64,000 bases of DNA from Eledone cirrhosa (Eukaryota), in the NCBI GenBank assembly GCA_964016885.1, contig OZ024745.1, positions 90,396,001-90,460,000 of the forward strand, read 5' to 3'. The translations under genes were made by a program, and so were the position numbers. The notes under the pieces were generated by a model. It searched no databases and was not told the DNA's origin. It saw only the letters and a list, made by a program, of their open reading frames with translations. The stretch's first letter is position 1. Each line of letters opens with the position of its first letter. Positions 42,463 through 55,628 of this stretch are shown here, piece after piece.

Positions 42463-44700
42463 GTTAACTTCTTAGATGTAACTTTAAACCTTAGTTCAGG
42501 TCTATATTATCCTTTCCATAAAATTAATGAAAACCTAAATTACGTAAGCTTCGATTCTAACCATCCTAGGAATATAAAAAACACTATTGTCAATAGTGTC
42601 CAGCAACGAATTTCACGCATTTCAGCTAATACATTTTTTTTGATAAGGCAGAATATTACAATGATGCTTTACATAGAGCTGGCTACATGAATAAAATTAA
42701 ATACTTAGATAACAATAATCTTCCTAAAATTCACTATAATAATAATAATAAACAATTTAATTTAAATAGTAAATCAAACAGAAGAACTAGAACTAGAAAT
42801 ATTATTTGGTTCTCTCCCCCATTCTCATTAGGGGCTAAAACACCAGTAGCAAAACTATTTTTCAAAGCACTAGATAAATGCTTTCCTAAATCCCATAGAT
42901 ACCATTCTATCTTTAACAGACATACTATAAAACTATCTTACTCTACTACTATGAACATAGCACACAATATTTAATAGAATTAATAATAGAAACTTAAATT
43001 TAAACCTAAGCCAAATAAACCAAGATAACAATATTAATAATACTAATAACACTATTAATACTAATAATAATAGTACCGTTCCTAGTAACATTAACTCTCG
43101 AAAATGTAACTGTAGAAATGAATCAAATTGCCCTTTACAGAATAATGACCTAGATAAGTAAAAACTAGAGATAAAATATATAACTATATAGGAGCCACTT
43201 CTACAAAATTTAAAGAACGCTTGTATAATCATAAACATACATTTAATAGATCCGATAAAAAATGTTCTACATCACTTTCACATCTAATTTGGTACTTAAA
43301 AGACAATAATATTGACTATTCAATCTGTTGGGGAACGATTTCGAAAGCACCCGCATACCGAAATATGGCTCTCTCAAGAATCTGTCATTTGTGTATTAAA
43401 GAAAGAAATATTCAGTTCCTGCAGACATCGCCAAAAAATGACTTTTTAATATAGTATATATTTCACTTGTTCACATTTTATGTCTTAACTATGCTTCTGT
43501 CGATGTTTAGTGGTGATTTTTAAATGATATTTTTCCTTTTATGTAACATTTTTTACAAATGATATTCTTTTCCAATTGATATTCTTCTTAATGGTTTTTT
43601 AATTTATATTTTTTAATTTATATTTTTTAATTGATATTTTGAAATATATCCTTTTTGTGATAGTTTCTAAATACACTCATGATGTCTATAATAATATCTT
43701 CTTCCTAATTGACTATATAGATAATATCTAAATACATGTATAAAAGAAATTCTCATCTTTGAAAACGTAATATAAAATACATTATAATCATACACAAATT
43801 AATATATAAAATTTTCTCGACATACATTCCACATTTTTTAAGTAAATTCTAAAATAAATGACAAATCTAAAGTAAATAGTGTAACTAAGAAACATTGGAG
43901 TTATCTTTTCCTTTATAATGTAGCACGCATAAACATCCTCTCTTCTTAACAAAATAAATACTAAATTCTCTATAATTCCGTTAACTTAATAATTGTCCGT
44001 AAATGTTTTCTATCTTGATAGAACTATTTGAATGTACAAAAAGTTCTTCTCTAATAAAATTCGAACTACGTCTTTTTCTTAAATATATATTGAAAATGTA
44101 AACACAATATCCTTCGTAACCCTTAAATTATATAAGAATATTTGAATTATTTATCTATTGAGAATAACAGCATATATAATCACCAATAATATTTATATTT
44201 TTATTTTTTTATATAAATATGTATATAAATGACCTGTTGTAATATAATAAGCTAAAGTGTACATACAACCTTAATTCTTCATAAAATCTAATTATAAGGA
44301 TTATCTATATAACATTATAACTTATGATTTGGTTATATATTTTTACTTTTTGGATTAGTATTCTACCACTTCAAGATATTTTTAATTTTTAAATTTACTT
44401 ACACTATAATATTAATATTAGCTTCTCTTTCTTCTTTCTTTATAAAGTATCCTAATAATTATTTAAATTTATCTAGCGTCTAAATATAACGATTTTTTCA
44501 GTCTACGCTTCTACTTCATTTACATATCCATCCTAAAGATTTGAATTTTTTTTCTTTTTTCCTTTCACTATCCAAACGGAACCTAAACCGATAAGGTCTG
44601 GTTTCTGGGGTATGTCACTATTTATGAAACAAATTTTGTATTTTATCTGATGAGAGCGTACCAAAGTTGTTGGTACCCTTGAAATATATATAATAAAATA
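42463..44700 (+). mobile_element. 5'-truncated degenerate Penelope-like element (RT thumb + GIY-YIG, long AT-rich 3' region ending in HHR), Hydra-clade-like
   Basis: VNFLDVTLNL..YYPFHK....YVSFDSNHP, RNIIWFSPPFS, RKCNCRNESNCPL, YIGATSTKFKERLYNHKHTF and CHLCIKE occur across frameshifts (42463-43450). A hammerhead lies at 44641. Confidence 0.85.
44641..44698 (+). ncRNA. Type I hammerhead ribozyme with (AT)n stem III
   Basis: TTTTAT-CTGATGA-GAG C GTACCAA AGTTG TTGGTAC C CTT-GAAA TATATA TA-ATAAAA. Confidence 0.8.
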
Positions 44701-44705
44701 AATAT

Positions 44706-45610
44706 GGATCTTCTGAAAGTCAATCTGTAAACGCAGAAGTGGATATTTCAAAATACGTTGCAACCGGAGGAAGACAGGAAGACGATAGTTTCGTTCGTGG
44801 AAACGTTCGCTGGCAAAGAACGGGGAAAAACGAATATAATACGTCATTAATAGGAGCGGTGAAAAACAATTACGCGCAAAGACAGAACCACGTTTATGGT
44901 ATAAAAGAGGTCGTAGACTAATGTTCTCTTAGGTGGTTCATAGAGACGTTCTCTGGCAATGAACGAAAGAAACGAAGATAATACGTCATATGTGGACCGT
45001 GGAGAACAAAGTAAATAAATACAATACGGAAGTAATAGGTATAAATAAATACATACACGCAAACAAATACTTTGTTCTTAACTCTGTAGCGGAGATTCAT
45101 TCGGTCTCCTAGTTAGAATTTTGGTCTACGACTTCTACTATACCATTTACGTGGTTTTGTCTTTGCGCTCCACATATGACGTATTATCTTCATTTTTTTC
45201 GTTCATTGCCAGAGAACGTCTCTATGAACCACCTAAGAGAACATTAGTCTACGACCTCTTTTATACCATAAACGTGGTTCTGTCTTTGCGCGTAATTGTT
45301 TTTCACCGCTCATATTAATGTCGTATTACATTCGTTTTTTCCCGTTCTTTGCCAGCGAACGTTTCCACGAACGAAAGTATCGTCTTCCTGTCTTCCTCCG
45401 GTTGCAACGTTTTTTGAAATATCCACTTCTGCGTTTACAGATTGACTTTGTTAGTTTCAGAAGATCACGTTAAGGGTGAAAGCAGCGATTCTTTGCTTAA
45501 ACTTTAATCTGTTATTTTGATAAATATTTGCTCTACAGTTCTTATATATTTGATATATATTTATCCTTATCGAGCCCTCTTTGGATTTTAGTCTTCAAAA
45601 TTATTATTAT

Positions 45611-45613
<3 letters not shown>
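44706..45613. mobile_element. Family-A fold-back element (~300-bp inverted arms) with CAGAAGA hammerhead at 45453-45503 (+)
   Basis: 44716-45003 is the reverse complement of ~45165-45449. It is homologous to 2438-3069, and the tail ends TTATTATTACTA(TA)n. Confidence 0.8.
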
Positions 45614-45644
<31 letters not shown>

Positions 45645-45682
45645 AGTAAGAGTATTTTCGAAAGAGCGAGAGGGTTTGAAGT

Positions 45683-45887
45683 TATTAGAAATGTAAGCTC
45701 TCGCCGTATTTTGACTAAAGAAATTAAAGAAATTATTTTTCCTGATAGTGGGGTTAAGAACCCTCGGAGAAATAGAAAAGGATGAGTATTGACGTACATG
45801 GCAGTCGAACCCACATCTTTGGTTATCCGGACCACTGGTTTCTTTAATTTCTTTAGTCAAAATACGGCGATAGCTTACATTTCTAAT

Positions 45888-45888
<1 letters not shown>
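45683..45888. repeat. Inverted repeat, 50-bp arms (45683-45732 and 45839-45888), between (TA)n tracts
   Basis: TATTAGAAATGTAAGCTCTCGCCGTATTTTGACTAAAGAAATTAAAGAAA and its reverse complement. The spacer has a B-box-like GGTTCGACT on minus. Confidence 0.85.
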
Positions 45889-45947
<59 letters not shown>

Positions 45948-46222
45948 CTAACTTTGTTAGACTATATATATATGTGTTTGTGTCTATATTGTATCTGTAT
46001 TTTTGACCGTTGCTCAGTCAATGGTAACATTGAGGACCGAATAAATTAAATTAAATTAACCGATATAAAAGACACAGAAGCGAAAACCAACCAAACAGTG
46101 AGTGTGTTCTGTTATTAATTCTGGCAATATAATTACACAAATATGACCCACCCCAAGTATAACAATATTTGTTTCGACACACGATTTCATATCAAAAACC
46201 TCGCAAAACTAATTCATCGCCG

Positions 46223-46276
<54 letters not shown>

Positions 46277-46440
46277 CGTTTCTGAATTTGTTTAGCAAGA
46301 TTCTTTATCTGAAATCGTGTGTTGAAACCGATATTGTTATACTTTGGGAGGGTCATGTTGCCAATAAGAAACACACGCACCAGTTGCTTTCACTTCAATT
46401 TATTATATATTTATAAATTTATCAGAGAGATAAAATCAGA

Positions 46441-47136
46441 GTGTATAGAGGAGCCAGAACCAAATGGGAAAAAATGGTAAATAATGACATAAATGGGACC
46501 TGCCCCTTGTATAGGAGCAAATTCTGGAATAGAATAGAAAGAACTAGGAACAAGGCTAATAGAATAAACTCATGGTATGATAGCAATAAATACCAGAGTG
46601 TAATGTTCATCAATACAACCCCTAGAGGTGAATTAGCTTACACATTTAGAAGGGCCCTAAATAAACATAAACTCAATATTAAGATAGTAGAAAGACCAGG
46701 TACCTCCGTAAAAACACTTATTAGCAAGACATACCCTTTTCAAAGACCCTCATGTATAGATAAGAAATGTATAACCTGTAAAATAAGCCCCCATATTAAC
46801 TGTAAAACTAGAAATGTAGTGTATAGCATAAGATGTACTGAAGGACAATGTAGAAACAAAAATATAGTGTACATAGGTGAGACAGCTCGTAGTGTAGGGG
46901 AACGGATAAATGAACACTGGCGAGACCTTCAAGATAATAAAGAATCATCTGTACTCTACCAACATGCTAAGATAGAACACAAGGGTAAATTAAAGAACAT
47001 AGAACTAAAAATAGAATCTACACACAGAAAAGACGCAATGTTTAGACAAATTACAGAGGCAATAAACATAAAAGAATTACAACCAAAATTAAATAGAAAA
47101 TATGAGTGGAACAGCAACATCACAACTTACAATTAA
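46441..47136 (+). CDS. PLE C-terminal region: Cys linker and GIY-YIG endonuclease (N-truncated, no stops)
   Basis: CIDKKCITC..CKTRNVVYSIRC....C....YIGETARSVGERINEH...LYQH...H..RQITEA.I....PKLN gives GIY-YIG plus the CCHH motif of PLE endonucleases. Confidence 0.88.
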   Translation: MYRGARTKWEKMVNNDINGTCPLYRSKFWNRIERTRNKANRINSWYDSNKYQSVMFINTTPRGELAYTFRRALNKHKLNIKIVERPGTSVKTLISKTYPFQRPSCIDKKCITCKISPHINCKTRNVVYSIRCTEGQCRNKNIVYIGETARSVGERINEHWRDLQDNKESSVLYQHAKIEHKGKLKNIELKIESTHRKDAMFRQITEAINIKELQPKLNRKYEWNSNITTYN

Positions 47137-47338
47137 GGACAAAATGAAAACACACACACACATAGAACAAACAACCAACCAGTAACATGTAAATAAACAA
47201 ATAAATAAATGAACATAAACACACACAGACACCCGGATGTGGCGCATGCGCAGACTGAGCACACAACACACACACACAGAAACAAAATGGCGTAGGACAG
47301 AACAAAGGAGAGGCACAGAAACAAAGAAAGGAATCCCC

Positions 47339-47383
47339 AGTCACTGAAGAGGTCACAGAGTGTGTGACGAAAGAAATATGACT
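47339..47383 (+). ncRNA. Minimal type I hammerhead ribozyme (pLTR)
   Basis: AGTCA-CTGAAGA-G GTCACA GAGTG TGTGAC-GAAA GAAA TA-TGACT. Stem III is very weak. Confidence 0.7.
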
Positions 47384-47533
47384 ATATATAAACAACTATC
47401 TGGTTGTGGAACCAACCAACCAACCAGAAATTTATAAATTTGTAAATTTATAAATTTATAAATATATAATAAATTGAAGTGAAAGCAACTGGTGCGTGTG
47501 TTTCTTATTGGCAACATGACCCTCCCAAAGTAT

Positions 47534-48071
<538 letters not shown>

Positions 48072-48295
48072 TTGACAAAAATGAAAACGAAATTTCATTT
48101 CTCACTCTTAGTATGGCACTTACTTAAATGTAAGTATGTATGTATACGTACATACATATTAGCGGACGCTTATTATAACGCCGCTTTGTTCGTTTGTCAA
48201 CAAACTTAACAGCCTGTTGACAAACGAACAAAGCGGCGTTATAATAAGCGTCCGCTAAACTGATGCGTGCATATATGTATGTGTACCTGTATGTA

Positions 48296-48367
<72 letters not shown>

Positions 48368-48577
48368 TGCTACTGTACGTCTGTATACATATATGTATGT
48401 ACGTATACATACATACTTACATTTAAGTAAGTGCCATACTAAGAGTGAGAAATGAAATTTCGTTTTCATTTTTTTCAACTTATCGTTTTCGGTATGCCTG
48501 ACCGATTTAACTCACTCAATATGCAAATTAGGCTGCTCAGCCGTTAATTTTCATAAGGAAAGTATATACTTTCGAAC

Positions 48578-48664
48578 GTTCAACTATCTGGCAGATGGGT
48601 AAACGGTGCTGATGATAGCTAACAAGCTTGAAACTAGTACATCGTTCCTGTGTCAGTGTTGAAC
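48578..48664 (+). ncRNA. Type I hammerhead ribozyme with extended stem I (core 48604-48644)
   Basis: AACGGTG-CTGATGA-T AGCT AACA AGCT T-GAAAC TA GTA-CATCGTT. Stem I extends through TGGG/CCTG, CTGGCA/TGTCAG and GTTCAAC/GTTGAAC. Stem III is the palindrome ACTAGT and the site is GUA. Confidence 0.85.
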
Positions 48665-48795
48665 AAAAAGGTGACGTGGTTGCCTTAACACCGTATGGCA
48701 TAAATTCAGGCTGTTCAGTTTGTTGACAAACGAACAAAGCGGCGTTATAATAAGCGTCCGCTAAACTGATGCGTGCATATATGTATGTGTACCTG

Positions 48796-48891
<96 letters not shown>

Positions 48892-49101
48892 TGCTACTGT
48901 ACGTCTGTATACATATATGTATGTACGTATACATACATACTTCCATTTAAGTAAGTGCCATACTAAGAGTGAGAAATGAAATTTCGTTTTCATTTTTTTC
49001 AACTTATCGTTTTCGGTATGCCTGACCGATTTAACTCACTCAATATGCAAATTAGGCTGCTCAGCCGTTAATTTTCATAAGGAAAGTATATACTTTCGAA
49101 C

Positions 49102-49188
49102 GTTCAACTATCTGGCAGATGGGTAAACGGTGCTGATGATAGCTAACAAGCTTGAAACTAGTACATCTTTCCTGTGTCAGTGTTGAAC
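49102..49188 (+). ncRNA. Second hammerhead copy of the tandem array (core 49128-49168)
   Basis: Identical core 524 nt downstream, with one stem I change (CATCTTT). Confidence 0.82.
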
Positions 49189-49319
49189 AAAAAGGTGACG
49201 TGGTTGCCTTAACACCGTATGGCATAAATTCAGGCTGTTCAGTTTGTTGACAAACGAACAAAGCGGCGTTATAATAAGCGTCCGCTAAACTGATGCGTGC
49301 ATATATGTATGTGTACCTG

Positions 49320-49373
<54 letters not shown>

Positions 49374-49577
49374 TGCTACTGTACGTCTGTATACATATAT
49401 GTATGTACGTATACATACATACTTACATATATATATATATATATGTATGTATATATATATATATATATGTATGTATATATATATATATGTATATGTATGT
49501 ATATATATATATATGTATATGTATGTATATATATATATATATGTATATGTATGTATATATATATATATATGTATATG

Positions 49578-49656
<79 letters not shown>

Positions 49657-49730
49657 ATATATATATATATATGTATATGTATGTATATATATATATATAT
49701 ATGTATGTATATATATATATATATATATTT

Positions 49731-49793
49731 AAGGGCGGTGCCCCTGCATAGCCTCAGTCGGATGACCGGAACAGGTAAAAGAGTAAAAGAGTA
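49731..49793 (+). mobile_element. Probable SINE/LINE 3'-end fragment
   Basis: GGGCGGTGCCCCTGCATAGCCTCAGTCGGATGAC hairpin region followed by a short tandem tail (GTAAAAGA)2. It resembles an abundant octopus retroposon tail, from memory. Confidence 0.4.
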
Positions 49794-49886
49794 TATAAGT
49801 CAAGGAAACAGGACGAATCGAACGAAGAGGATTCAATAACATAAAGTGTATTAGTTTCACGCTTGGAGAAACTGGTACATTGAATT

Positions 49887-49998
<112 letters not shown>

Positions 49999-50080
49999 AG
50001 TTCTATTTAATTTGTTGGGATACAACAAGCAAATATTTTTATAACTGATATAAAGCACTCAACAAATTTTTGGAGTAAAA

Positions 50081-50433
50081 ATACAATATATTAACAAATG
50101 GAAACTATATTTATAAAACCATATTTATTTCATTATACATATTTCAAGGACACCAAAGCAAATTATGGTGCGCTTTCATCAGATAAAATATAATATAGAT
50201 CAGTTTTATAAACAAATATTGACATACCCTTAAATAATGCGACCATGTCGGTTGGAAGCTCCCGGACATGGTCGCATTCTTTAAGGGTATGTCAATATTT
50301 GTTTATAAAACAGATCTATATTATATTTTATATGATGAAAGCGCACCATAATTTGCTTTGGTGTCCTAGAAATATGTATAATGAAATAAATATGGTTTTA
50401 TAAATATAGTTTCCATTTGTTAATATATTGTAT
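50081..50433. mobile_element. Fold-back element, ~169-bp arms and 15-bp spacer, with outward-facing hammerheads (50128-50188 minus intact; 50326-50386 plus, C3 mutated)
   Basis: Minus TTTTAT-CTGATGA-AAG C GCACCA TAATTTGCTT TGGTGT C CTT-GAAA TATGTA TA-ATGAAA. Confidence 0.85.
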
Positions 50434-50476
50434 ATATATATATATTTAATGTATAATAAACAATACAATATAATTA

Positions 50477-50544
50477 CCTCATTACCAGAGGTTTCCTGAA
50501 TAAGACGAATACATGAAACGTCCGCATTCGTTCGTCAGACGAGG
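50477..50544 (-). ncRNA. Type I hammerhead ribozyme with long stem II
   Basis: Minus CCTCGT-CTGACGA-AC GAATG C GGACG..CGTCT TATTC AG-GAAACC TCT GGTA-ATGAGG. A homolog lies at 62624-62692. Confidence 0.75.
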
Positions 50545-50814
50545 AAATTTAAAACAGTGAAATATTTGAATAATCTCCTCAAGAAAGGCTAAAAGTTTAA
50601 CGGGCAAAAAATAAATAAAAGTAATAATACAAAACATGTATAAAAAATAAAAATAAAAAAATATAGTAAGGGGATGTGTGTAAATAATTGTATATGCACA
50701 TACATATGTACATATGTACATGTGTGTGTATGTACAACTGCATGTGTATAGTGAAAAAATGTGTGCGTAAGTACATACATGAGGGCAAACATAATAGTGT
50801 ATGTGTGACCACAA

Positions 50815-50852
<38 letters not shown>

Positions 50853-50974
50853 ATTAGAATACTGGAGCGTGTTGGAGTTAAACACCCTCTTCGTATTATA
50901 GAAATGACAGTAAAAGGTATAGCTCAATGCAGTTAAACAGAGCCAAAAAATGGGGAACACTAGGGAAGTTATAG

Positions 50975-52906
50975 ATTGGTTCTCTGGGACTTGAATCTAA
51001 TAAGTTTATCCAATTCGATATTGATGCCTACTACACATCAATTTCACCCATCCTCCTCAATAAAGCCTTAATGTTGGCCATGAGAGTGTCCAGCCTTATA
51101 CGATCGCAGGTGGATATTATACTAGCAGCCCGTAAAACTATTATTAAATTTGAGGACACATTTTGGACCCGTAAAAACACGCCCAATAATTTCGACGTTA
51201 CAATGGGTTCGAGTGATTCGGCCCAGGTTACTGATCTTGTTGGGTTGTTCCTCCTTAATGAACTATACGCTACCTTCCCGCACCTTATAGGCGGACTATA
51301 TCGTGATGATGCATTGTTTGTAATTAACTCTAGCACCAACAATGTAGAACATAATAAGAAGAAGCTTTATAAGTTTTTTAAAAGCTACAACCTTTCGATC
51401 ACGATAGATAGAAATGATAGAGCGGTTAACTTTTTAGATGTGACTTTGGACTTGGCCACTAATAGTTTTAAACCCTTCCATAAGCCTAATGAAATTCTTT
51501 CTTATGTTAGTCCCAACTCTAACCACCCTAAGTCTATGATAAACTCTATAATTAAGGGCGTATCTAATAGGATTTCCACACTATCTAAGGACATAAGAAC
51601 ATTTAATGAACATGCGGAGTACTACAATAATGCCCTAGCAAATTCAGGTCACTCTAGTAAAATAAATTATAATGATAGTAACCTTAGAAAGTCTCCGCTT
51701 ACTCTTAATAATAATAACATTATATCACATAACATGGCCATGAATGGGAGTAGCAAATATAGTAACCGTAGAATTTATATAGGTGTATCTGAACCCACCC
51801 ATAAGTTAACCCACCGGACTCGTAATAGCAAATATAATACCTCTAGGAGACAAGTCGAACCCCCTGTGCGCTCACGCATCGGTGTTGGTTTTGCTGGATC
51901 TTATTCTAATAATGTTGCTCCTACTGATCCTATCATTGGCCCTAATCCTCTTGAAGAGATTCCGGACAACAGCAGATCTACTGGAGGTAGAAACTATAAT
52001 AGACATAACGAAATTATGGCTGATTCTATGAATGTGGCTTCAACTAATCCTGATAGTAACCCTAGTCTCGACGGTGGGACATTTGATAGAGGTAGGGTCG
52101 GTAAGAATAAAAATAAAAATAGAAGGCGATTAAATACTTATTTCAACCCGCCATATAATCAGGATGTATCAACTAATATCCCTAGGTCTTTCTTCACTAT
52201 CTTAGAGAAAAATTTCCCCCCTTCTCATAAATACCATGGTATTTTTAATAAAAATGTTATTAAACTCTCATTCTCTACCACCCCTAATATTAGTTCTCAT
52301 TTAGCTAGCACTAATAATAGGAAAATTAGGGATGGATTCTCCTCTCTACATACTACTAGTCTGAACGGATCTGACAATGCTTTACCACCAGAACAGTCCT
52401 TATCTAATAGAGGTCCTACGCGTAATACATCACCACTCGAGCCAACCAATAACACCCGGAAGTGCAATTGTAGAGTGAGTGCTAACTGCCCTCTAAATGG
52501 TAACTGCCTTTCTAAGAACATTGTCTACGCTTGCGAAGTTATAACTAATTCATCTAATAGAACGTATATAGGATCTACTTCAAACACTTTTAAGACTAGG
52601 TTTAACTCTCATATCTCTAACTTCAAACATGTTAGGTTTAAGAATTCTACCTCTTTAGCGCATTATATCTGGGATCTTAAGGGAGCTTATATACCATATA
52701 GCCTTAACTGGCGTTTAGTAGCACGCTCTAACCACCTTTCTACACATAGTAAGTTTTGTAATCTTGAGACACACTCTATTATTTTCTCTAGTGTATCCTT
52801 ACTTAATAGAAAGTCTGAGATATTCTCTTCTTGCCCCCACGCCATTTCTAATTCTTATTTTTATTATAAACCCAAACGTTCTAGTAGTACAAATTGTACC
52901 CATTAG
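50975..52906 (+). CDS. PLE reverse transcriptase (motif A to thumb) + linker + GIY-YIG endonuclease, N-truncated
   Basis: FIQFDIDAYYTSI, FDVTMGSSDSAQVTDLVG, GLYRDDAL, VNFLDVTLDL, SNHP, FNPPYN, KCNCRVSANCPLNGNCL..NIVY..YIGSTSNTFKTRFNSH and terminal SSCPH. The ATG-started part is 51071-52906. Confidence 0.92.
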   Translation: MGSLGLESNKFIQFDIDAYYTSISPILLNKALMLAMRVSSLIRSQVDIILAARKTIIKFEDTFWTRKNTPNNFDVTMGSSDSAQVTDLVGLFLLNELYATFPHLIGGLYRDDALFVINSSTNNVEHNKKKLYKFFKSYNLSITIDRNDRAVNFLDVTLDLATNSFKPFHKPNEILSYVSPNSNHPKSMINSIIKGVSNRISTLSKDIRTFNEHAEYYNNALANSGHSSKINYNDSNLRKSPLTLNNNNIISHNMAMNGSSKYSNRRIYIGVSEPTHKLTHRTRNSKYNTSRRQVEPPVRSRIGVGFAGSYSNNVAPTDPIIGPNPLEEIPDNSRSTGGRNYNRHNEIMADSMNVASTNPDSNPSLDGGTFDRGRVGKNKNKNRRRLNTYFNPPYNQDVSTNIPRSFFTILEKNFPPSHKYHGIFNKNVIKLSFSTTPNISSHLASTNNRKIRDGFSSLHTTSLNGSDNALPPEQSLSNRGPTRNTSPLEPTNNTRKCNCRVSANCPLNGNCLSKNIVYACEVITNSSNRTYIGSTSNTFKTRFNSHISNFKHVRFKNSTSLAHYIWDLKGAYIPYSLNWRLVARSNHLSTHSKFCNLETHSIIFSSVSLLNRKSEIFSSCPHAISNSYFYYKPKRSSSTNCTH

Positions 52907-53743
52907 CAGATATATTCCATTACTTAGTTTTTAGTTTAGGTTCTTTTGTTTGCCAACATTATTGTTATCATCATTATTACCATTGGTTTTTGATGACTCT
53001 TCATTCTAGCTCTCATAATCATTTGGCTACTGTACCATATCTATGTTTTTACTATTACACCTTGTTAATATACATAAGATTACACGCTTTACGCCACTTA
53101 CGTTATTCTATTATTATCTTTATTTTTATTTTTATTATTAATTTTATTTTTAATTCTATTTTTATTTCTAATTTTATTCAGATTCATCTTTGGACAACCC
53201 CCCCCCCCCTCCCCCTCCCCCCCCCCCACCATGCGCACATAAACTTATTGTCAACCCCTCCAGATTGACTATGATTATATTTAAACCCCCCCCCCCCCTC
53301 TTTTACGCTTCATTCTATTATTTATTATAGTATATCGACTATATTTTATGCCACTTCGCACCCTCCATACATTTCGTCGATTCTGTCCCCATTAGCCTAC
53401 CTTAATTCTACTTAAGTCAGTTTTTTAGATATCGTTGCGTATATGATAGTAAAAAATTTTCATTCCTTTTTGTAAACATTTGTAATGAAACATTAAAGTT
53501 TATAAACTTTAATGACTTAAACTACAGCTAATATTATACTACCTTATTGGATAGGTTTGATATTTTTAATATTAATTTATCAAATAGGGTTTTGAGTCAA
53601 TTAAAATGATTGTTTTCCTTAGTGTTTACCTAATTTCTTAACCGCATGTCAGGCCTTAGTGTGTATATATTTGCTTTTGTTTTGTAATTTCCGGTTGATT
53701 ATATTTATTTATTTATTTCATTCTATATTCTATTTACTATCCA

Positions 53744-54070
53744 CTGTCTGGCTTTGCTTACACATCCACATATGTCTGTCTACTAACCTGTCTGGCTTTG
53801 CTTACACATCCACATATGTCTGTCTACTAACCTTGTAATTATAAGTATTATTTTATGTCAATTTATAATATATTATATTATATTGTATTGTAATATTGAT
53901 CCTTATTACTTACTGTTCATTATATGTAACATTATGACATTTAAACTTTATATATCATGTAAGATGTCTGTATATTTTGTAATATTGTAATATTGATCCT
54001 TATTACTTACTGTTCATTATATGTAACATTATGATATTTAGACTTTACATATCATGTAAGATGTCTGTAT
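53744..54070. repeat. Two local tandem duplications in the PLE 3' region (44 bp x2 at 53744-53831; ~96 bp x2 at ~53885-54070)
   Basis: CTGTCTGGCTTTGCTTACACATCCACATATGTCTGTCTACTAAC occurs twice, and TTGTAATATTGATCCTTATTACTTACTGTTC...GATGTCTGTATAT occurs twice. Confidence 0.9.
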
Positions 54071-54863
54071 ATATTTTTTTCTGTACCATCATAATTTTTA
54101 CAGTACCATTATAGTGTTTTTTTTAGTATTATATAATTTATTTTTCCTCATTTACTCTGTAACCCAGTATGAATCGATTTGTATACATTGTTTATGGTAA
54201 ATGTTAGTACACTGTTTACGTATTATCATTGTATTTTATTGTGACATCTATATTGTTTCTGTAAACTAACCGGGGATTATCTATTTTATTATATTATATT
54301 GAATTATATAATTTTATTGTTTATTATTTATTATATGTGTCTCTTGTAATTATATCATATTATTGCCTCATGTATATTGGGTAGATGTATTGTTATTATT
54401 TTCACTCTTATCATGCTTATTTTTATATTCAAACTTCTAATAGGGCTTAATTTGTGTAGTTGATCATAGATGGGTGTATTGTTATATATGTGTGTGTGTG
54501 TGTGTGTGCGCGCACATATATACATGTATATATTGTACCTTTTGATTTTTAATTTGTAATTTTAATGTTGGTAAAGGTATATTATTATAATGTATTATAT
54601 TTATTGCATTGTGTTATATATAATTCCTGCTCTATATAACCAAATTTATTTAGATTTAGGTTAGTTGCTTTGGACTATATTTGTAATATGGTTCTTAATG
54701 TTATCTACATCCTTAGTTATTCTTATTATTATATATTTTTATTATTTTTATTTCTATTTTCATTTTTATTATCATATATTTTTGTAAGACTTTAGTGTAT
54801 GCACACTCCATATTCTTCAGAGTTTCCGGCTTGTATCTGCCGATATTACTTCTTGTTGTTTTG

Positions 54864-54908
54864 ATTGCCCTGATGAGTCCTTAATAGGACGAAACATTGT
54901 CGGCTAAT
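54864..54908 (+). ncRNA. Canonical minimal type I hammerhead ribozyme (PLE pLTR)
   Basis: ATTGCC-CTGATGA-GTCCT TAAT AGGAC-GAAAC ATT GTC-GGCTAAT. It has the full consensus core, a G-C stem II base and a GUC site. Confidence 0.92.
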
Positions 54909-55491
54909 AAAAACTTTTGATGTATTAAAGGATTCTTTGTTTTACTCTCTTAATATATATATATATATATATATATATGTGTTGAAAATAGAAATTGTAA
55001 GATAATGGGGTTAGCGTACATACAGACGCAGGGATTAAGGGCTGAAATATATACACATACAAGGATTAAAGGACGCACGCGTATATACATATACACACGC
55101 GCAACCACATACTTGTATGTCATATATACAGGGAAGGGAGTGTATAAAGTCAACGCAGTGTCAGACGGAAGGTCGATACAAATATAAAATATGATGAATA
55201 AATGAAATAAAAGATAAGAATAAAAAATTAAGGCAAAGAGAAATAAAGTGGGAGGGGTTGTAACACTAGAAAAAATAAATAAAAAGTAGAAAACATGTAT
55301 ATATGCGAACAAGCTCATACACACATACATATATAAATATATATACATACAGACAAAAACACGTGCACAAAAGCATGCATAGACATACACGCATACATAC
55401 ATATACACGCATACATACATACATATACACATATATATACATACATGCACATCTATTCACACGCACGCACGCGACCACATATATATATATA

Positions 55492-55577
<86 letters not shown>

Positions 55578-55628
55578 TATATATATATATATATGTGAAA
55601 ACACATATACATATATATATATATATAA

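Larger units (their letters stand above)
50849..54952 (+). mobile_element. Penelope-like element, 5'-truncated, with inverted tail (50849-50944), ~2-kb 3' region and terminal pLTR/HHR; Hydra-clade-like
   Basis: RT-GIY-YIG ORF, HHR at 54864 followed by AATAAA, and (TA)n at both ends. A solo pLTR homolog lies at 3090-3640. Confidence 0.9.
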
